A stretch of DNA of 37,984 nucleotides from an uncultured Candidatus Saccharibacteria bacterium (GCA_964528065.1 CAZGRD010000003.1:1-37984), one strand, 5' to 3'; shown: positions 24,857-32,555, counted from the first letter of the stretch. Notes: generated by a model from the letters alone, not told the origin. Made by a program: numbers and translations.

Positions 24857-26539
24857 TTACTTAAGCTCGTTTATTTTTCTTGCGACGACGTTGAATCTCA
24901 CTATAACATCGGAAAGTTTTCCGCTCTCGCCTTTTGCTTCGGCCGAACGGATTTCTTCCCGCAACTCTTCCAGTTCGCGCTTCAAGGATTCTATCTGAAG
25001 CTGGCGTACCAGTTCGTTGAATTCCCCGGTTAACGCTTCTTCGTCTTTGTCGGCAAATTCATAACTGCCCCGCAGTTCGAAAAGTCCTCCTTCTTCCACC
25101 TTGGGGTCGGCCAAAATTTTGCGATACCTTGCGGGCAGCCATTCTTCGTAAGGAGTAAGATTAGACCGAAAAACCGGATTTGTAAAAGCGAGCGAGAGTA
25201 ATCGGGCGGAAATCAAATCCATCCTTTCTTTCTCTGCCGGAGCGCCGACCGCCGCCGCCTCGGGTTCGCTCTTTTCAACGAGCGGAAGGTTTTCGAGTTC
25301 GTTCGAGAGAGCGACTTCCGAAATTCCGGAGAAACGGGAAAGTTCCTTCAGCCATTCACTCGCTTCCACCCTGCTTCTCAAGCCCTGAATTTTCGAAAGC
25401 ATTTTCCGGAGAACTCTTTTCTTCTCCGCGATGTCTTTCCCCAGACCGGCGAAGTGATGCTCAAAAACGCTTCTCAAAGCCGGCGTGGCGCCTTCAATCG
25501 CCCGGGTGAGATATTTTTCGTCGGCGGCTGCCGCTTCCGCCGGGTCTTTAAATTTACCCAAATCCACCACCTTGGCGTGGAAATCATAATTGTTGAAAAT
25601 ATCGAGCGCCCGCTCAAGAGCACGCTCTCCGGCATCATCGTTGTCGAAGCTCAAAATCACCGTATCGGCGACGCGCTTCAATCTCGCCAGGTGGTCGCCG
25701 GTTAGCCCCGTGCCGGAAACAGCAACGACGTTCTTTACTCCAGTCTGCCAGGCCATCAAAAAATCCATCTGGCCTTCAACGATGAAAACCGTGCGGCTCC
25801 CCGCAATTTCGCCTTTTGATTTGTCAAAACCGTATAAAATTCGGGATTTCGAAAAAATGGGCGTCTCCGGCGAATTCAGGTATTTGGGCATTTTCGACCC
25901 TTCCTCGCGGAGAAGCCGGCCGGTGAAAGCGACGGTTTTGCCGAGCGAATTGGAAATGGGAAAAATAAGCCGTCCCTGAAACCGGTCGCGGTAAAGACCG
26001 TCCAAATTTTTGTTGGCAAGGCCCGCTTTCACGACATCCAGAACGTCAAACCCGAGCTTGATGAGATGGAGAGTGAGTGATTCGCCGCCCGGAGCGAAAC
26101 CGAGCCCGAACTCTTCGATTGTCTGCGGAGCAAGGCCTCTTGCCTTCAAATATTTCCGGGCTTCTTCGTTCTTCGAAAGCTCGGCCGCGTAAAAAGATTT
26201 GGCTGATTCGTGAATCTTGTAGAGAATTCCGAACTGTTTCTCCAAAGCGGGGTTTAGGGTAGCAATCGCCACTCCGGCTTTCTCGGCCAAGAACCGAATG
26301 GCTTCGGGAAACTCCAAATTCTCGTGACGCATCACGAAAGTTATCAAGTCGCCGCCCAAGCCGCAGCCGAAACAATGCCACATTTTCCGTTCGGGCGAAA
26401 CAACGAAAGACGGCGTCTTCTCGGCGTGGAAAGGACAGAGCGCCTTGAAGTTCTTGCCGGCCGGGAGAAGTTTCAGGTAAGAGCGAAGGAAATCAACCAA
26501 ATCCAACCTCTCTTTAATTAGGTCGGTCTCACGGGTCAT
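24857..26539 (-). CDS. dnaG: DNA primase
   Basis: CHC2 zinc finger [30 protein letters not shown] motifs [10 protein letters not shown] and [11 protein letters not shown]. The ORF-track start at 26605 is a TTG. The ATG at 26539 ([18 protein letters not shown]) gives a typical N-terminus. Confidence 0.88.
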   Translation of the reverse strand: MTRETDLIKERLDLVDFLRSYLKLLPAGKNFKALCPFHAEKTPSFVVSPERKMWHCFGCGLGGDLITFVMRHENLEFPEAIRFLAEKAGVAIATLNPALEKQFGILYKIHESAKSFYAAELSKNEEARKYLKARGLAPQTIEEFGLGFAPGGESLTLHLIKLGFDVLDVVKAGLANKNLDGLYRDRFQGRLIFPISNSLGKTVAFTGRLLREEGSKMPKYLNSPETPIFSKSRILYGFDKSKGEIAGSRTVFIVEGQMDFLMAWQTGVKNVVAVSGTGLTGDHLARLKRVADTVILSFDNDDAGERALERALDIFNNYDFHAKVVDLGKFKDPAEAAAADEKYLTRAIEGATPALRSVFEHHFAGLGKDIAEKKRVLRKMLSKIQGLRSRVEASEWLKELSRFSGISEVALSNELENLPLVEKSEPEAAAVGAPAEKERMDLISARLLSLAFTNPVFRSNLTPYEEWLPARYRKILADPKVEEGGLFELRGSYEFADKDEEALTGEFNELVRQLQIESLKRELEELREEIRSAEAKGESGKLSDVIVRFNVVARKINELK

Positions 26540-26614
26540 CAATTGGAAGTTTACCCCGTTAGAGACGCTCTGCCAAGAGGCGTAGCTATGATTGCCCTGA
26601 AGCAACGCCGAAAT

Positions 26615-27061
26615 CTATTCCACTATAATCTTACCGAAGTTTTGGGCATTCAGGTGGTTGTGGTAATTCCAGTTGCCGGCCTCGCTGAAAGTAAACGACC
26701 AGGAACCGCCGGCGGGAATGGCGCGGCAAGCGTCGAATATCCCCGCTTCCTCGGCCGTGCCGCATTTTTCGATATCCGAACCCGGATAAACTTTATGGGT
26801 GGGATGCATCGCCGAAGCCGGCCAAAAATCCATGGAGCTCCGGTTCTCGAAAACAACCGTGTCGCCGACCCGGACCGTAAGCGCGGCCGGTGAAAAACCG
26901 CTGTCGGTAAAAACAACTGTGTTTGTCTCGAGCGTCCCTTCGGAAACCGGAACACTGACCGGCGCCTCGTCAGCCCTGCCCATAACCAGAAAAACAACGA
27001 CAACGATTAAAATAACGGCGGCAACCGCAAGAATAATCATATTTTTCCCGTTCATATTCAT
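26615..27061 (-). CDS. Membrane-anchored cupredoxin-like protein
   Basis: N-terminal TM helix IILAVAAVILIVVVVFLV. Then TVVFTDSGFSPAALTVRVGDTVVFEN..H..H...WNYHNHL..FGKIIVE, resembling a plastocyanin-like fold. Confidence 0.5.
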   Translation of the reverse strand: MNMNGKNMIILAVAAVILIVVVVFLVMGRADEAPVSVPVSEGTLETNTVVFTDSGFSPAALTVRVGDTVVFENRSSMDFWPASAMHPTHKVYPGSDIEKCGTAEEAGIFDACRAIPAGGSWSFTFSEAGNWNYHNHLNAQNFGKIIVE

Positions 27062-27097
27062 AGAATAATTTTACGACCTTTTTATGATTTTTTGGGT

Positions 27098-27130
27098 AAA
27101 AAACCCCGCTCCGACCAAGATCGGAGCGGG
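27098..27130 (-). terminator. Rho-independent terminator (minus strand)
   Basis: 10-bp GC-rich stem pairing 27105..27114 with 27121..27130 (CCCGCTCCGA/TCGGAGCGGG), with a 6-nt loop. On the minus strand it is followed by GTTTTTTAC. Confidence 0.75.
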
Positions 27131-27148
27131 ATTAAAACGAGCGCGGAG

Positions 27149-27217
27149 TTATCTCCTCCTTCTCTTCGCTGCCTTTCTCTTCTTCGGCGCCGCCTTTTTT
27201 CTTTTTTTTGCTGCCAT
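27149..27217 (-). CDS. Candidate 22-aa polybasic micro-protein
   Basis: Hand translation gives MAAKKRKKAAPKKRKAAKRRRR, then TAA. The stop lies 18 nt upstream of the terminator at 27130..27105. A perfect TATAAT sits at 27291..27286 (minus strand). No clear Shine-Dalgarno sequence. Confidence 0.35.
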   Translation of the reverse strand: MAAKKRKKAAPKKRKAAKRRRR

Positions 27218-27376
27218 TTTCTTTAAATGTGTTTGCGACAGTCGACCAAGTTGCCGCTGAGTTCTAAAAATTGTCTTACATCTTAATTATATACCTTTAG
27301 GTTACGTGTTTTATAAAATTCTGTGGATAACTCCGCAAAAATTTAAAAAATAGAATTTTCCGCGGAGTCTTTCTGT

Positions 27377-27444
27377 AAAAACAGCAACAATTCTATAAAC
27401 GACGCGGGTCCCGGAGTTGAAAAACTCACGGGACCCGTTGCTGT
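27377..27444 (-). terminator. Compound hairpin terminator downstream of the GC-rich ORF
   Basis: On the minus strand an outer stem ACAGCAAC/GTTGCTGT (27444..27437 with 27388..27381) encloses the inner stem GGGTCCCG/CGGGACCC (27405..27437 region). TTTT follows. Confidence 0.55.
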
Positions 27445-27468
27445 GCGCGGGGACACGTCTTCGTCTCG

Positions 27469-27828
27469 TCACTTGATGACGCGGACGAAAACGCTTGGGA
27501 GCTTCGTCTTGAGTTCCCTCGCCTTTCCATCGGCGAGGCGGGAGTGCTCAGCCCGAGCACTGCGCCTACCCTCGACGTCGGAGAACCCGCCGTCGTCCCG
27601 GTCGAAGAGCTTCTCCCGGTAGACGATTCCCCGACCGCGGGAGTTCATGCCCGCGAAGTCGAGCCAGTGCTCGACATGCCCGCCGCTACGGAGCACGGCC
27701 ACTCCCTTCTTCTTGCCGGAAACGACCCGCATCGTCACCGCGATCTCCTCCCAGTGCCTCTTCTTCGCAACCTCGACAAACTCGTCGAGGTTCTTCGGCT
27801 TCCGCCGGAAGACATCCACGATACCCAT
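27469..27828 (-). CDS. Hypothetical protein, strongly GC-rich relative to its neighbours
   Basis: 119-aa ORF. ATG preceded by GAGGCGGGTAAC. GC-rich third codon positions throughout. Has its own downstream terminator. No motif I recognise. Confidence 0.5.
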   Translation of the reverse strand: MGIVDVFRRKPKNLDEFVEVAKKRHWEEIAVTMRVVSGKKKGVAVLRSGGHVEHWLDFAGMNSRGRGIVYREKLFDRDDGGFSDVEGRRSARAEHSRLADGKARELKTKLPSVFVRVIK

Positions 27829-27938
27829 GTTACCCGCCTCATAGTAAAGGTGCTTCCTAAACCCAGTGTCTAGGACTTATCCATAGGAAAGCACTTCACA
27901 CAATAAAAATCAAGGTACGGCAAGTCCCGCGCCAAAAA

Positions 27939-28370
27939 TCAGGAAGCAAACCTGATGATGATGAACGAACCGAGGAAAACCAAAATGCCCCCGATGAAGA
28001 AATAAATATTGGGGGTGGAGCGGAACAAAATGTAGCTGAAGAGCACCACGAAAAACGGATACGATATTTCGATTATTGAAGCGGTGGAAGCGTCCAAACT
28101 CTTGATGCTCGAAAATATGAAAAAATTGGCGAGAGTCGCGAATACAACGCAGATAGTAATTAAAGCCCAATTCGTCTTACCGAATACAAGAAGATTTTAC
28201 GTTAAGCCTTCGTTCAAAAATAAGAACGGCAATACAATGACCGCGGCCATTACCGCGCTAACGAACGTCATGGTCATCGGCGCGACGCTGGAAAGGATTT
28301 TCTGATCTATCGCATAAATCAAACCCCAAAGGACCGCCGCGCCGATTGCGTAAATAAATCCTGACTCCAT
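27939..28370 (-). pseudogene. Single-EamA-domain (DMT family) small transporter interrupted by one in-frame TAA
   Basis: Hand translation gives MESGFIYAIGAAVLWGLIYAIDQKILSSVAPMTMTFVSAVMAAVIVLPFLFLNEGLT*NLLVFGKTNWALITICVVFATLANFFIFSSIKSLDASTASIIEISYPFFVVLFSYILFRSTPNIYFFIGGILVFLGSFIIIRFAS. The frame spans 143 sense positions; codon 58 is TAA (28199..28197), and the terminal TGA is at 27941..27939. Confidence 0.6.
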
Positions 28371-28429
28371 ACTCTTAATATTATCAAATCTCGTGGCTTG
28401 ACGCTCCAGCGACCGGGGGGTGAACGCTA

Positions 28430-28792
28430 TTAGAACCTATTTCCTCGTTTCTGTTTCGATAAATAATTTATGTGTTCCTGCGCCGAAGTTCTGACCGGTT
28501 CAACTTCGTCGTTAACCAGCTTTCTTAAAATCTCGATGGAAGCGTTTTGGCTGTTGGCCACGGCCCACCTCGCTTCCCACTCTTTATCTTCGATAAGCAA
28601 CATCAACACTTCAGGAGTTACGTTTTCATTAACGGGGATCGCGCATCTCACCAAAGCGCTTTCGTCTTGTGCAAGTTGCCTAAGTTGCCCAATGGACAAG
28701 TTTCCGTCAGCTGCAACCTTCGCCCTTACTTCCTCATCCGGATCTTTGACCAATTTTTCAAGTTCTTCAGCCGACATATTCGTTTCAGTCAT
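28430..28792 (-). CDS. Leucine-rich-repeat-variant / HEAT-like repeat protein
   Basis: Repeats of the D.D..VR..VA type: DPDEEVRAKVAADGNLSIGQLRQLAQDESALVRCAIPVN..TPEVL..L..D.EWEARWAVANS. The ORF-track start at 28819 is a TTG inside the upstream gene, so I used the ATG at 28792. Confidence 0.55.
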   Translation of the reverse strand: MTETNMSAEELEKLVKDPDEEVRAKVAADGNLSIGQLRQLAQDESALVRCAIPVNENVTPEVLMLLIEDKEWEARWAVANSQNASIEILRKLVNDEVEPVRTSAQEHINYLSKQKRGNRF

Positions 28793-28799
28793 ACAATTT

Positions 28800-29135
28800 C
28801 TAAAATAATTTTCCTCCAATCACTGGGTTTACTTTGTCGGGAGCAATTAAAATAACATTACCATTTTCATCTGGCACACCGAGCGTTAGCACTTCAGATT
28901 CAAAAGAGCCGATTTTTCGTGGCGGGAAATTTACTACTCCCAAGACCAACTTTCCAGCGAGTTCTTCTTTTGTGTAAAGCGCAACAACCTGCACAGAAGA
29001 ATTCTTAATCCCGATTTCGGAACCGAAATCAATTTTTAGCTTATACGCGGGTTTTCTGGCTTCAGGAAAATCGTTAGCCTCTATAATTTTTCCTACCCTT
29101 ATGTCCAATCTTTGAAAATCATCAATCGTTGCCAT
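28800..29135 (-). CDS. csaA: tRNA-binding domain protein (CsaA/Trbp111-like)
   Basis: 111 aa: F.RLDIRVGKIIEA..FPEARKPAYKLKIDFG...VQVVA.Y..EELAGKLVLGVVNFPPRKIG.F.SEVL, typical of the EMAP/CsaA OB fold. Confidence 0.75.
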   Translation of the reverse strand: MATIDDFQRLDIRVGKIIEANDFPEARKPAYKLKIDFGSEIGIKNSSVQVVALYTKEELAGKLVLGVVNFPPRKIGSFESEVLTLGVPDENGNVILIAPDKVNPVIGGKLF

Positions 29136-29139
29136 AAAT

Positions 29140-29631
29140 TTATTTTGTCGCTACGGTATGAACAATACTTTCTAGTGAGAATTTCTTGCCCGCAAAATAA
29201 TCTTTAACCATTTGTTTTATGTCTAAATCTCTAAGAGTCATGTTGTCCATCGCATAAATTTCATCGGGAGAAAACCACTTTGCTTCAGTTACATCATCTT
29301 CAAGTTTTCCGCTTGATGTTTCCGAAATATCTCCGATGAAAATAATTTTGATTGCGTGAGGTGTAGCGCCAAGTTCTTTCTCAATATCTTTTCTTACTAA
29401 CGAATAAATGCCGAGGAGATATTTCGGCGTGAAAGAAAAGCCGGATTCTTCCAATACTTCTCGTTTAACTGCCTCAACTGGATTTTCACCAACATCAATC
29501 CAACCTGCTGGATGATTCCATTTTCCATTATCCGGTCCTTTTCGTTGCGCTTCGCGCACTAAAAGAATTTTCCCATCTCGTTCAAGGAGACCGCCAACTA
29601 CTCCAAATGTTTGTGTAAATACTCGTGTCAT
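29140..29631 (-). CDS. NUDIX hydrolase
   Basis: Complete Nudix box GWIDVGENPVEAVKREVLEESGF (Gx5Ex7REUxEExGU). Confidence 0.85.
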   Translation of the reverse strand: MTRVFTQTFGVVGGLLERDGKILLVREAQRKGPDNGKWNHPAGWIDVGENPVEAVKREVLEESGFSFTPKYLLGIYSLVRKDIEKELGATPHAIKIIFIGDISETSSGKLEDDVTEAKWFSPDEIYAMDNMTLRDLDIKQMVKDYFAGKKFSLESIVHTVATK

Positions 29632-29635
29632 ATTT

Positions 29636-29758
29636 TTATTTAATTAAATCATCAACGCTCACCTAAAGAGCTTTCGCGATTTTCTTAAGGGTATCGAGAG
29701 TTGGATTCTGGTTTTTGCCAGCTTTTAATTTTACCGGATATATTTTTTGACTAACCAC
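29636..29758 (-). pseudogene. 5'-truncated XRE-family HTH remnant with an in-frame TAG
   Basis: Hand translation gives ..VSQKIYPVKLKAGKNQNPTLDTLKKIAKAL*VSVDDLIK*. This matches the recognition helix and C-terminal part of Cro/cI-type HTH proteins. There is no N-terminal half, and the frame runs straight into the tRNA 3' end. Confidence 0.55.
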
Positions 29759-29759
29759 G

Positions 29760-29846
29760 CGGAAGGGGCGAGATTCGAACTCGCGGTGCCATTTCTGACA
29801 CACAGTCTTTCCAGGACTGCCATTTAAACCACTCATGCACCCTTCC
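29760..29846 (-). tRNA. tRNA-Ser (anticodon GGA), type II with a long variable arm; CCA not encoded
   Basis: Hand fold of GGAAGGGTGCATGAGTGGTTTAAATGGCAGTCCTGGAAAGACTGTGTGTCAGAAATGGCACCGCGAGTTCGAATCTCGCCCCTTCCG. It has a 7-bp acceptor stem and a 3-bp D stem with GG in the loop. The anticodon stem is CAGTC/GACTG with loop CTGGAAA. The variable stem is 5 bp, and the T arm is GCGAG-TTCGAAT-CTCGC. Confidence 0.9.
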
Positions 29847-30536
29847 TTACCTGATAATTGTGCCTTTGAAATCTTTATTGTTCAATAGCGCCTCCAGGTT
29901 TTTCAAGTCTTTGCCGGCCAAGACGACGGAAACAAGTTTATTTTTTTCGGCGAACCGGGCGGCAACCGGGTCGACGGGCGCGTGCGAACTCGGCTTCCAT
30001 TTTGCCGGAATCAGTTTTCGGTATTTGCGCCAGGTAATTTCGGGAATGTGCTCGGCGTCCTTGTACTTCATAAAATCCTTCGTATAAACTCCGTCCGGCT
30101 TCCCCACGATTACGAATTCCTTCACGCCGAAATCGTGGGCAAGAACCGCCGCCACGTAATCGGTGGACCAGCCCGGCCGCCAGCCGGAAGCGATGGTCAA
30201 GGGAAATTTCGGTTCCTTAATTTTATAGCGGTTGTCGATTACCACCGGGTCGGCGATATCCCGAAAGATGGTTCGCAAAAGATGGGCATTGGAGCGCGTC
30301 GCGTGAATCCCAAGCCAATCCTTGTCTTCGTTTTTTACAGCCGTTACTTTTGCCGCCGCTTCGACGTACATCCGGCTCAAACGGCCGCCGCCCACCACAA
30401 TCACAAGCCTCCTTCCCTTTTTCGCGTATCGCAAAACGAAGGAGCGGAAACGCCTCAAAAAACCCCAATCAATGTGATCGGGGAAAATAACGGAGCCGCC
30501 AAGGGCCATGACGACTATTTTTTGAGACGACTTCAT
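29847..30536 (-). CDS. pyrH: UMP kinase-like amino-acid-kinase-fold protein (short, archaeal-type layout)
   Basis: KIVVMALGGSVI..., LVIVVGGGRLSRMY, DWLGIHATRSNAHLL. 229 aa. Confidence 0.6.
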   Translation of the reverse strand: MKSSQKIVVMALGGSVIFPDHIDWGFLRRFRSFVLRYAKKGRRLVIVVGGGRLSRMYVEAAAKVTAVKNEDKDWLGIHATRSNAHLLRTIFRDIADPVVIDNRYKIKEPKFPLTIASGWRPGWSTDYVAAVLAHDFGVKEFVIVGKPDGVYTKDFMKYKDAEHIPEITWRKYRKLIPAKWKPSSHAPVDPVAARFAEKNKLVSVVLAGKDLKNLEALLNNKDFKGTIIR

Positions 30537-30543
30537 ATATTCC

Positions 30544-31119
30544 TTACAAACTGTAAGTCACAAGACTCATTAGCGCAAGTCCGATTGCCGCATAAAGAAT
30601 TATCTCGGCAGCGGTCAAAATAAAACCAAGAGGAAAAATAGAATAGAGAAGAACCAATATCACGCCGACCGACTGAAAAAGCATCTTCCGCTTGCCCCAC
30701 CGGTTGGCTTGAAATTGTTTGTTCTGGAAGTTCCGGAAATAGTATCCCATTCCAATCAAAATCATTTCTATTAAAATTATCGTGAAAGCGATGTGGGAGT
30801 CGAGATACTGGGGCAAAATCAGAAAGACCGAAAATCCGATGAGCAGTTTATCGGCCAGAGGATCGTACATGATTCCCCATTCGGTCACTTGGTTGCTGGT
30901 ACGGGCAAGGGCGCCGTCCAAGGCGTCCGAAAAAGCGGATATGAAAAAAAGAACGGTTGCCCACCGATATTCGCCGGTCGAAAGCAGGAAAGCCACAAAA
31001 GGAATGGTAATAAAACGAAAAATCGTGATCTGATTGGGCGTGACGCTTTTCGAAAAAAGCCTAAGAACGGTTGCGGCGAGCAATCTATCGGTCCAGGTTA
31101 CTTTGTACGGGTCAACCAT
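30544..31119 (-). CDS. pgsA: CDP-alcohol phosphatidyltransferase (PgsA-like)
   Basis: Family motif DALDGALARTSNQVTEWGIMYDPLADKL (DGx2ARx8Gx3Dx3D). Multiple TM helices. The ORF-track start at 31179 is a TTG overlapping the upstream gene, so I used the ATG at 31119. Confidence 0.75.
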   Translation of the reverse strand: MVDPYKVTWTDRLLAATVLRLFSKSVTPNQITIFRFITIPFVAFLLSTGEYRWATVLFFISAFSDALDGALARTSNQVTEWGIMYDPLADKLLIGFSVFLILPQYLDSHIAFTIILIEMILIGMGYYFRNFQNKQFQANRWGKRKMLFQSVGVILVLLYSIFPLGFILTAAEIILYAAIGLALMSLVTYSL

Positions 31120-31123
31120 ATTT

Positions 31124-31990
31124 TTACCAACTGCTTGAGGCGCCGCCGCCTCCGGAGGAACCGCCGCCGAATCCGCCAAAACCGCCGTGGCCGCCGTGAC
31201 CGCTGCCGCCTATCCACCAGGGATAATGACCGGTTTTTTTACCGCGTTGATAAGCGCGCGAAACCGTAAAATCAAACAGAAGCCCGAGCGGGATGAAAGA
31301 CACCAAAGCGATGATACCGGTATAGAGAAATCCGAAAATAAAACCCAAAACTACTCCGAAGATACCGCCGAAAACTCCGCCCAGCCACCAGGATTTGGAA
31401 CGGCCTAAAACGCTCCCGAGCCACACAAACACAAAAAGAAAAAAATATAATATTTTTTCGATAGAATCAAGAAGATCCTTATCGCCGTTTTTTTCGGAGG
31501 CGCTGGGTATGACTTCACTGCCGTTTATCGCCGCCATGATTTTATCCGCCACGCCGTTTGCGCCCAAATAATAATTCCCCTCCCGAAAAGCCGGTACCGC
31601 CACATTCTGCAATATCCAATAGCTTTGGGCGTCGGTTAGGGCTCCTTCGAGACCGTAGCCGACTTCAATCCGCATTTCCCGGTTTTCAATCGAGAACAAA
31701 AAAAGGACGCCGTTGTCTTCGCCCTTCTTTCCGATTCCCCAATCGGCAAAAAGTTCATTGGCGTAATCTTCAACGGTATCCCCGTCGAGCGACTTTATCG
31801 TTACGACCGCGATTTCACTGCCGGTCGTCTCGGTAAAACTTTGGAGCTTCGTCTCGAGCGCCGCCTTTTCTTCCGAAGCGAAGACCCCGGCAAAGTCATT
31901 TACGAATCCCGAAGGATTGCCGGGACTCGCGTAGGCAAAAGCAACGAGCGGTAAAAAAACTAAAAAAAGTAGTAATAAGCGCTTCACCAC
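31124..31990 (-). CDS. TPM-domain protein (YgcG-like) with a Gly-rich C-terminal tail
   Basis: GFVNDFAGVFASEEKAALETKL..TGSEIAVVTIKSL.G.TVEDYANELFADWGIGKKGEDNGVLFL......MRIEVGYGLEG. Tail is GGSGHGGHGGFGGFGGGSSGGGGASSSW. A GTG at 31990, 1 nt after the lemA stop, gives the signal peptide VKRLLLLFLVFLPLVAFAYA. The TTG at 32056 is the ORF-track alternative. Confidence 0.7.
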   Translation of the reverse strand: MVKRLLLLFLVFLPLVAFAYASPGNPSGFVNDFAGVFASEEKAALETKLQSFTETTGSEIAVVTIKSLDGDTVEDYANELFADWGIGKKGEDNGVLFLFSIENREMRIEVGYGLEGALTDAQSYWILQNVAVPAFREGNYYLGANGVADKIMAAINGSEVIPSASEKNGDKDLLDSIEKILYFFLFVFVWLGSVLGRSKSWWLGGVFGGIFGVVLGFIFGFLYTGIIALVSFIPLGLLFDFTVSRAYQRGKKTGHYPWWIGGSGHGGHGGFGGFGGGSSGGGGASSSW

Positions 31991-31991
31991 C

Positions 31992-32549
31992 TTAGAACTC
32001 CACTGCCGGAACCGTTTCGGCACCTTCCACGGCCTCAAAATAAACTTCCTCGGCAAAACCGAAAAGACCGGCGACGATATTTGTCGGGAAACGCTTTACG
32101 GAAACATTTAAAGTCCGCACCGCGTCGTTGTATCTCTTCCGTTCGACGCTCACCCGGTTTTCCGTTCCTTCAAGCTGAGTCATTAATGTTTGGACACTCT
32201 CCGAAGAGCGGAGCTGCGGATAATTTTCCATTACAACCAGAAGACGGCCGAGCGCGCTTTCCACTCCGGTCGCGGCCGCGGCTTTTTCGCTGACGCTGCC
32301 GGCGCCGGCATATCTCGTCCGGGCTTCGGCTAAAGCGTTAAAAACGGTTTGCTCCTGTTCAAAGATTCCTTTGACCGATTCCACGAGGTTGGGAATCAAG
32401 TCGAACCGCCGCTGGTACTGAGTCTCCACCTGCGCCCATTGATTGGTAATATCTTCTCTCTTCGTCACCAGCCCGTTGTAGGCGGCAAGAACGTAAAGCC
32501 CGACCAAGACGACTATCGCGACGATAATCCAAAGTGTTTTGTTTTTCAT
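31992..32549 (-). CDS. lemA: LemA family protein
   Basis: MKNKTLWIIVAIVVLVGLYVLAAYNGLV (TM helix), then WAQVETQYQRRFDLIPNLVESVKG and ENYPQLRSSE, typical of LemA. I used the ATG at 32549, which sits just downstream of the promoter below. Confidence 0.8.
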   Translation of the reverse strand: MKNKTLWIIVAIVVLVGLYVLAAYNGLVTKREDITNQWAQVETQYQRRFDLIPNLVESVKGIFEQEQTVFNALAEARTRYAGAGSVSEKAAAATGVESALGRLLVVMENYPQLRSSESVQTLMTQLEGTENRVSVERKRYNDAVRTLNVSVKRFPTNIVAGLFGFAEEVYFEAVEGAETVPAVEF

Positions 32550-32555
32550 AAAACA

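Noticed and set aside
27062-29759. A direct repeat of the tRNA-Ser 3' end (att site) marking the far border of the putative island.
   Set aside because: Visual inspection found no copy of the tRNA 3' segment (..GAGTTCGAATCTCGCCCCTTCC..). The island boundary near 27.06 kb is inferred from composition and gene content only.
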